Of a DNA stretch of 59,955 bases, positions 53,644 through 59,955 are shown in pieces. The stretch spans positions 1 to 59,955 of the IMG/VR virus record IMGVR_UViG_3300047409_000695. One strand, 5' to 3'. Numbering within the stretch: the first letter of the stretch is position 1; each line of letters begins with the position of its first letter. This stretch comes from a virus (lineage: Duplodnaviria > Caudoviricetes). The notes under the pieces are model-generated. The model had not been told where the DNA came from. It made no database searches and saw nothing but the letters and a program-made list of their open reading frames with translations. A program made the translations under genes and the position numbers.

Positions 53644-55499
53644 TACTGCAACGTCACGCCCGACGCATTGGCGTTCTGAAGTTCAGCGACCGTCATGACC
53701 GTGTGGTTGTTCGAGCCGCCGCCGCCCTTCGTGACCGTCACGTTCACAGTAAACGTCTGAGTGGCGCCAACGCCACCCGCAACCGCCGATACCGCGTAGG
53801 CCAGCGTTTCCGTCGTGGCACCCGCGACGCACGAGGTTGCGGTAATTGCCGCAGTCGCTGCAGTCGCCACAGTCGCCACACCTGTCGTCCGAGTAATGAC
53901 AATGTTGCCCTCGAGGATGTTCGTGCACTCGTTCGCACCGATGGCGCCCCCAGCGCCCAGCGAGCCGGCGACACGAACATGCAGGTTCGCCGACTGAGCC
54001 GCGTTCGGAATCGAGACCGTGAACGTCGGCGTCGACACCCCGTCGGCCAACCCGGTCGTCGCATACGTCTTCGTGGCCGTCGTCGTCGCCGCACCGGCGA
54101 CCGCCGTACCACCGACGACCGTCGACGTCGTCGCGCCCAAGGTCGTGATAAGCGGCGAGGCCGTGTACGCCGGCACCGTGCCGACACCGCCAGACGCGAG
54201 CACCTGGCCCACCGCGACGTCGGCCAGCGAGCCGATCGTGTTCGCCCCCGTGGCGACCATCAGATCGCCCTGCGTCGCCGCGTTCGGCAGGACCAGGGTC
54301 GAGCAGATCGGGTCCGCCCCCGTGGCGCCGCGGACGTACGTGCCGTTCGTGCAGACCGCCATCGGCGTGATGGCACCGGTCCCCTCGCCGAGCAGGATGC
54401 CGTGTGCGGTCAACGTCGTGGCGCCAGTGCCCCCAAACGGCACCGTGATGGCCGTTCCGTTCCAGACCCCGGTCGAGATCGTCCCGACCGTCGACAACGA
54501 CGCCAGGGCTGTGACCGTGGTCGTGACCAGTGTGCCCGCGGTCGGTAGTGTCAGGTTCGTGGGCGCCGTGACGGTCAGGACCGTCGCAAAGGCGCCGGAG
54601 AAGGTCAGGGCGCCGCCCAGCGACACCGCCTTACCGCCGATCTGTCCAACGGTCGTCGCCAGCGTCGCGCCCGCACTGGTGACGTCACCGGTCAGAGCAG
54701 GGAAGTTCGCCGCGAGGATCGTGCCGGTCAACTGAGCGGCCGGCAAAGCCGTCAGGTTCGCCCCTGACAGCGACGAAAAGAACGTGCCGGTCAGCGTCAA
54801 CTGCGGCGAGACCGTCGTCTTGACGGTCGCCCGACCTTTCGCGTCGAAGGTAATCTGCGGAATCGCCGTCGCCGATCCAACGGTTCCCGCGCCGACGCCG
54901 GTCGTGGCCAAGGTCGTGACGAGTGACGCGCCTGGCGTCGTGATGTCTCCGGTCAGCGCGGGGAAGTTTGCCGCCGGCAACTGGCCCGAGATCGTGGCCC
55001 CTGTAACCGACGCACACGTTGTCGTGCCCGTGGAACTGATGGTCGTGACGAACTGATTCACGCACGCCGACGATCCCGGGTAGATCGACAGCACGCCGGT
55101 ACCGGTCGTATTGAAGACCAGGCCCGAAGCCAGCACGCCGAGGATCTGGGCGTTCGCCGGCGCGTTCGTCGACGTCTGCACGATGTAGGTGCCGGCGCCG
55201 TTCGCGCCGCCCGCCGGCGCCGTCCACGCGCCGCCGTTGTTCTTGATCTCGATCGTGCCGTTGTTGTCTCGGACGCCGTAGCCGTTCACGCCGCGGAGCG
55301 TGCCGTACGACAGGTACCCGTTGGCGACGATCGCCGCGTTGTTGAACGCGTACGTGATCCCGCTCGAGGTCGAGCCGAACCGGAGCAGGTTCCAAAAGTT
55401 GTTGATCTGGGCCGTGACGACCGACTGGGCCTGCGGCGTCGCCGACACCACGCCCAGCAACAGGGCGACGACAGCGAGCGCTCGCAGGCGGTTGGTCAT
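53643..55499 (-). CDS. tail-fibre-like protein with Sec signal peptide
   Basis: MTNRLRALAVVALLLGVVSATPQA|Q; T/G/A-rich; AANFPALTGD(I/V)T repeated twice; GGTGATT fibre motif; three Cys pairs. Confidence 0.7.
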   Translation of the reverse strand: MTNRLRALAVVALLLGVVSATPQAQSVVTAQINNFWNLLRFGSTSSGITYAFNNAAIVANGYLSYGTLRGVNGYGVRDNNGTIEIKNNGGAWTAPAGGANGAGTYIVQTSTNAPANAQILGVLASGLVFNTTGTGVLSIYPGSSACVNQFVTTISSTGTTTCASVTGATISGQLPAANFPALTGDITTPGASLVTTLATTGVGAGTVGSATAIPQITFDAKGRATVKTTVSPQLTLTGTFFSSLSGANLTALPAAQLTGTILAANFPALTGDVTSAGATLATTVGQIGGKAVSLGGALTFSGAFATVLTVTAPTNLTLPTAGTLVTTTVTALASLSTVGTISTGVWNGTAITVPFGGTGATTLTAHGILLGEGTGAITPMAVCTNGTYVRGATGADPICSTLVLPNAATQGDLMVATGANTIGSLADVAVGQVLASGGVGTVPAYTASPLITTLGATTSTVVGGTAVAGAATTTATKTYATTGLADGVSTPTFTVSIPNAAQSANLHVRVAGSLGAGGAIGANECTNILEGNIVITRTTGVATVATAATAAITATSCVAGATTETLAYAVSAVAGGVGATQTFTVNVTVTKGGGGSNNHTVMTVAELQNANASGVTLQ

Positions 55500-55550
55500 A
55501 TCAGCATCCTGGCGGAATGGGCCGGTGCAGTACGAGATACAACATCTTGA

Positions 55551-56009
55551 TTAACGGCCAAAAAATCCCACCGGGGCAACCGGACCCGCCGGAACTGGAT
55601 TGACCGTCAAGGCGAAAGGGTTCGATTTCAGCGACTCCTTCGCGTTGCACGTCGGCCCCAGCACACAGTTCGCACCGGTCGCCGTGACCTGCAACGTGTG
55701 CGTGCCCGTCGTCGACGGCACGATCCACGGTCCCGTAAACTGCGACAGGTTCGTCACCGTCGACGTCGCGCCCTTCGTCATCGCGAGCGCGGTCGCCACG
55801 CCGTTGTCGTACACCGTCCAGCCCGTGATCACCACCAACGGCGTGCCATCCGTCGCGGTCGGTGCCAAACAGGCCGAGAACTGGATCGTCGAATTGACGA
55901 CGGCCGTACCGGTTGCCGGGGTCGTGTTCGGGTTGTCGCAGGGGTTCTGCGCGAACGCGCCCGTCGCGTAGAGCAGAGCAAGTAGTGTCAGTCCGAGTAG
56001 CCGTCGCAT
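55551..56009 (-). CDS. secreted Ig/FN3-like protein in the tail module
   Basis: MRRLLGLTLLALLYATGAFA|QNPC; GTHTLQVTA...ESLKSNP; four Cys. Confidence 0.7.
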   Translation of the reverse strand: MRRLLGLTLLALLYATGAFAQNPCDNPNTTPATGTAVVNSTIQFSACLAPTATDGTPLVVITGWTVYDNGVATALAMTKGATSTVTNLSQFTGPWIVPSTTGTHTLQVTATGANCVLGPTCNAKESLKSNPFALTVNPVPAGPVAPVGFFGR

Positions 56010-56027
56010 CGTCGTCTCCTTGTCGCG

Positions 56028-57338
56028 TTACGAAATCTGCTGTATCGAACACTCGTGGTTGTAAACGGCCGTGCTCGGCGTCCCTGTCGTGGACACCGTG
56101 ATCGCCGTCGCCGCCTGGGCACGGATGACGATCGGGACGCCGTAGTAGCCGACCGTTCCCGCGGCCGTCAGCACGTTCGTCACCGTCCCGCCTGCCGCCA
56201 ACTGCCATACGACCGCCACTGACCGCGCCGTGCCTTCCTCTGTCTTGAACGCAATCGTGCCGTTCATGTTCGTGGCGGCGCCCGCGGTCGTGACAAGGAT
56301 GTAGTCCCAGACCTCAAACGTGCCGTCGGCGGCTGGGGTAAAGGTGCAACGGTTGGCGTCGAGTGAACTGGTGATGGCGACGCCGCGACCACTCTGTAGG
56401 ACGTACGGTACGCCGGAACCGGTCGTCGTCAGGTTGTTGTAGGCCGTGATCTTCGCGCCGATATCTAGGTTGCCGGTGCCCGCGGTCAACGCTCGGCCGC
56501 GGAGCTTCAGCGTGCTGTCTGTCGCTACATCGATCCCGATGCCGGCCGCGCCAGCCCCGTTCGACATGACGAGTTGGCCGTCAGTCGCGCCGTTGAGCGC
56601 CCACGTAAATTTATTCGTGCCGCCGCTCTGTAGATGCAACGTGGCGCTGTTGAACCAGACGTTCGACCCGTCCATCGCGATCGGCTGATTACCATTGACG
56701 CACAACCGCTGCGTCGTCCCATCCCACGACAGCCCACCGTTCAGGGCACCAATGAACGCGTAAGAGGTCGCCGCACAGTTACCGCTGGCGATGGCTTGGA
56801 CCTGACCGCTATTGGCCATGAGCAACCCGGTAGAGTTGATCCTGACCCGCTCGCCAGCGATGCCGTCCGTCGTGTTCGTGAAGAACCTTGTGCTACAGCC
56901 AGTTGGAGTCGCCGAGAAGCACGACACGATGTCCCAGCCAGGAGTACCGTTCGTACAGCCGACGCCGCAGTTGTCGTACAACGTCGCCCGTTGAGGCTCA
57001 GTAGTGACGTTGAGACCTTGAGCCGAGATACACCCAACCGAAGTGTCTGACCTGAAACACCCTTCCGCGGACGCCGCGTTGCCCGCGTTATTGTTCCACC
57101 ACAAAAACTGCACGTTGCTGTTCTGGTTGAAGACCGCGCTGAACGGGTGCCCAGCGTCCGGCGTGCCCGCCCCCATCTTGATAAAGGTGCCGACGTTCAA
57201 CGTCGTGAATGAGATCGAGCCCGTCCGGAGCAGGTTCCAAAACTGCTGAATCTGGGCCGTGAACGTCTGCGCGTGCAGGTCGACGCCGGCAACCAATAGA
57301 CCGATCAAGACCGCGAGTACGAATCGACGCTTCGTCAT
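56028..57338 (-). CDS. tail-fibre/spike-like protein with Sec signal peptide
   Basis: MTKRRFVLAVLIGLLVAGVDLHA|Q; ERVRINSTG fibre motif; ten Cys. Confidence 0.7.
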   Translation of the reverse strand: MTKRRFVLAVLIGLLVAGVDLHAQTFTAQIQQFWNLLRTGSISFTTLNVGTFIKMGAGTPDAGHPFSAVFNQNSNVQFLWWNNNAGNAASAEGCFRSDTSVGCISAQGLNVTTEPQRATLYDNCGVGCTNGTPGWDIVSCFSATPTGCSTRFFTNTTDGIAGERVRINSTGLLMANSGQVQAIASGNCAATSYAFIGALNGGLSWDGTTQRLCVNGNQPIAMDGSNVWFNSATLHLQSGGTNKFTWALNGATDGQLVMSNGAGAAGIGIDVATDSTLKLRGRALTAGTGNLDIGAKITAYNNLTTTGSGVPYVLQSGRGVAITSSLDANRCTFTPAADGTFEVWDYILVTTAGAATNMNGTIAFKTEEGTARSVAVVWQLAAGGTVTNVLTAAGTVGYYGVPIVIRAQAATAITVSTTGTPSTAVYNHECSIQQIS

Positions 57339-57347
57339 GCCTACTCC

Positions 57348-57854
57348 TTAGTACGACTGCATCGGCTCGAGCCAGAACGTCGCATTGACCGCCCCGCCCG
57401 CGCCGGCACTCTTCGCGACCGTGTCGACATTCTGGGCGGCGACGTGCAGCGTCGGCGGGTTGACCGTGTTGATCGTGTCGAGGTCGACGTACGGAATCGC
57501 CAGGCCGTCGATGTAGAACCGGAACAGTCCGCCGCCGAGCGCGACTGAGTTGAACTGCTGGCCCTGCACAGTCGCGAACTGAAAGCGGCTGATGAACCCG
57601 TCGGTGCCGATGACGTTCGTTAGTCCGGTCGCCGAGTTGAAGAAATCGAACTCTAGGCCGACCTGCTGCACACATAGATACTCGATCGCTCGAATGAGGA
57701 AGCGCCTCGAGGCAATCGCCGGCACGCCCGGAATATTGTTCATGGCCGTGCCGACAAAGGGCGGCGTGTTGAAGCCGGCCGCGGCACCCAGGGCCTCGAG
57801 GAAGTTGACCGTCGGCAGCGCGTTGACCGGATACAGGAAGCTCTGAGGCATCAT
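57348..57854 (-). CDS. minor virion structural protein (beta-sandwich)
   Basis: 168 aa, GGAG RBS, tail module. Confidence 0.55.
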   Translation of the reverse strand: MMPQSFLYPVNALPTVNFLEALGAAAGFNTPPFVGTAMNNIPGVPAIASRRFLIRAIEYLCVQQVGLEFDFFNSATGLTNVIGTDGFISRFQFATVQGQQFNSVALGGGLFRFYIDGLAIPYVDLDTINTVNPPTLHVAAQNVDTVAKSAGAGGAVNATFWLEPMQSY

Positions 57855-57860
57855 GCACTC

Positions 57861-59955
57861 CTAAAACGGACGGACGATCTGGTAGCCGCCAGGCTCACCC
57901 CACACGTTGACCCACGCTTCGAAGTCCTGATCGAACAACATGAACGGCGTCGCCGACTGAAAGCCGTACTGGAACGCCATCCCCTTCACTGACTGCAGGA
58001 TGACCGGTATTTTCGCATAGATGCCCCCGGACGACGGCAAGTTATACGTCAGCACGTTCCCGTCGACGATCAGACTGAAGACCACCGGACTGGTCGAGAG
58101 GTAAGCGACGACGATCTGCTTGCACTGCTGGAAGCTCCGTTGCCCGTGGGCGGTCGGACCACTCAACCAACTAGATGCGAGCTCCGGCGCCGTCTGGAAG
58201 GCCACATCCCAGGCGTACAGGATGGTCGGCGTCGCGGTCGGCGCCCATTGCACGACCGTCGTTAGGTTCGTGCCGAAGTTTCCGGTCTGCAGCGTCGCGT
58301 TGATGTCCTGCTGCGTGCGCGTCGGTCCCGCGCCGGCGAGCGCGACGGGCGCCAGGACGGCGGTGTTATTCGTGAACCCGATCGTGACCGAGACCGGATC
58401 GAGGTTCTGGCCGTCGAGCATCAGATCCCGATACAGCTTCTGCCGGCGGGTGTCCTTCTGGTTCTCTACCCATTGAAGCGTCGACGTGAACGCGACGCCG
58501 TTGTCGGTGATGCCCGCCGGCGTCGACAGTGCCCCGCTCGCCTGGCCGATCAGCATCTGGTGCACGGACTGGCCGACACCGGCCGCTCGAGCCGACACGC
58601 CCGACGCGTACGTGTCGTAGTGCCACGACCCATCGAGCTCTCGGTACCCGAGCGAATGAGCGACGCCGTTGATATCGCGGTAGTCGAAATACACCCAGCC
58701 GTCGATCGCGTTCAACTGCAGGATCGTCCCTGCCATGTTCGGCGGTTGGATCCCGTTGACGGCGACCCCGGCCTGGCCATCGTGCGGGAAGATCGGATAC
58801 AGGTCGTCGTCTGTCACCATGACGGCTCGGCTGCCGCCCTTCGTGACCGCGATGCCGTCTTTCGTGAGGAAGTACGTGCCTTTCAACCCGTGGCAGAAGG
58901 CCCAGCGCGTCCAGAACCCCCGTCCACAGTCCGTCACCAACGGCACGAACGTCGACACCTGCCCGAAGGTCGGCTCGAGACGATAGATGTCTTCCGTCGA
59001 TGCCACGTACGACACGCCGTCGTCCATGAATCCGGCCATGAGCGGTTCGTTCGCCGGCGTGACGTCGAGCGTGTTCTTGTCCGAGGCCGTTTCCGGGTCG
59101 TTGCCGTTCGTCCAGTGAACCTGGCCCGGGTTGATCGAGTCCGCACACCCGAAGAGGAACGTGGCGCCGGCGATCGGACCGCCCCAGGCGGACGCGATGA
59201 CCTGATTCAGCAACGTCGCGCCTTTGACCGTAAAGGCCTGCGCGTTCAGGTTCCCGATGTTCTCGTTCGTGAAGAGCAGGTTCGTCGACGGCGGTTGCGA
59301 GTACAGGGTGTACGTGTTCCCGTTGATGATGATCTCGGAACCCGGTGCCCAGTTGACGTTGAACGGATCGCCGCTGACCCGAACGACCGCGTTGCCCGCG
59401 TAGTTGCACACCCCGCTATGTGGCGCGTCCTGCGTCGGCCAGGGCGGGAAGTTGTTGTAGTCCGGAGTCTCCCCGCCGCTGATCGCCGAATCCGAATAGT
59501 CGTGGTTGTACGGTTGCCCGCTCGGCACCGTCCCGCCGTACGTCCAACGATTCAGCGTCGCGCCGAGGATGAACCAATCGACCAGGTCGGCCTGCGGGTC
59601 CGGCGAGACCGTGTGGTTGAAGACGATCCGCTGACGCTTGGCGGGCACGCCCCCGCGCAACGGCGGTGAGAAGTTACTACGCCCGCCGGTCAACGAGGAC
59701 CGGTACCGGTACATCCCGACGTACGGGATCGCCGTCACGCCCGAGTCCGGTCCGAAGCCGCCCGTGATCGACAGGCCATCCCAGTCGACTGAGATCGGAT
59801 TCGGGCCGGTCTGATGCACCAAGAGTTCGACGGCCGTAACGTTCGCCAGCGACAGCGACGGGTCCGTGCCGACCCGCTGCAGGTCTCGAATCTTGCACCG
59901 GAGCTCGAGCCACTGCAGGTTGCCGAGTGCCAGCATCTTCGAGCCGGCTTGCGCG
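57861..59955 (-). CDS. 3' part of the tail nozzle/tubular-like protein (continues from 1698 across the junction)
   Basis: open frame to the window end; propeller-like GTYFLTKDGI, K(L)YRDLMLD motifs. Confidence 0.75.
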   Translation of the reverse strand, partial: AQAGSKMLALGNLQWLELRCKIRDLQRVGTDPSLSLANVTAVELLVHQTGPNPISVDWDGLSITGGFGPDSGVTAIPYVGMYRYRSSLTGGRSNFSPPLRGGVPAKRQRIVFNHTVSPDPQADLVDWFILGATLNRWTYGGTVPSGQPYNHDYSDSAISGGETPDYNNFPPWPTQDAPHSGVCNYAGNAVVRVSGDPFNVNWAPGSEIIINGNTYTLYSQPPSTNLLFTNENIGNLNAQAFTVKGATLLNQVIASAWGGPIAGATFLFGCADSINPGQVHWTNGNDPETASDKNTLDVTPANEPLMAGFMDDGVSYVASTEDIYRLEPTFGQVSTFVPLVTDCGRGFWTRWAFCHGLKGTYFLTKDGIAVTKGGSRAVMVTDDDLYPIFPHDGQAGVAVNGIQPPNMAGTILQLNAIDGWVYFDYRDINGVAHSLGYRELDGSWHYDTYASGVSARAAGVGQSVHQMLIGQASGALSTPAGITDNGVAFTSTLQWVENQKDTRRQKLYRDLMLDGQNLDPVSVTIGFTNNTAVLAPVALAGAGPTRTQQDINATLQTGNFGTNLTTVVQWAPTATPTILYAWDVAFQTAPELASSWLSGPTAHGQRSFQQCKQIVVAYLSTSPVVFSLIVDGNVLTYNLPSSGGIYAKIPVILQSVKGMAFQYGFQSATPFMLFDQDFEAWVNVWGEPGGYQIVRPF
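59829..59955. repeat. second copy of the terminal overlap
   Basis: identical to 1-127. Confidence 0.95.

Noticed and set aside
59829-59955. Biological direct terminal repeat
   Set aside because: It is exactly 127 bp and lies in the middle of a CDS, which points to an assembler overlap rather than a physical end
1-59955. Alternative genetic code, diversity-generating retroelement, intron/intein or integrase
   Set aside because: Core genes are intact in code 11 and all three stop codons are used; I recognised no reverse transcriptase, intein or recombinase motifs

Overview
The window is a complete, circularly assembled genome of a tailed dsDNA phage. It has 59,828 unique bp: bases 1-127 are repeated at 59829-59955, which is an assembly overlap, and one tail gene reads through the junction. 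The sequence is GC-rich and podovirus-like: terminase, P22-like portal, scaffold, major capsid, adaptors, a 1221-aa nozzle-like protein and three ejection-type proteins, with no tape measure or sheath. Replication uses an HTH initiator with internal iterons plus DnaB, alongside a RecT-like protein, two PD-(D/E)XK nucleases, an SbcC/Rad50-like ATPase and a RuvC-like resolvase. There is one tRNA-Asn(GTT), and I saw no integrase, DNA polymerase or CRISPR array. A soil-type Acidobacteriota host (Vicinamibacteria) is a tentative inference. Almost all genes are on the minus strand except a putative early island of small plus-strand genes (24302-31509) containing a DUF3560-methyltransferase. The most unusual signals: (1) two copies of a composite element, a 41-bp palindromic enhancer plus a sigma54 -24/-12 promoter plus an ATG at identical spacing, heading the early genes, although the phage encodes no enhancer-binding protein; (2) tail-fibre/appendage proteins with Sec signal peptides, paired cysteines and a shared mature N-terminal peptide; (3) a non-coding region and early genes written in a narrow vocabulary of overlapping palindromes, next to a strongly C-skewed segment; (4) a pseudoknotted leader RNA over the RBS of the replication initiator; (5) an Acb2/Tad1-like sponge gene nested inside another ORF. 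All family assignments are from motif recognition by eye, not database searches.
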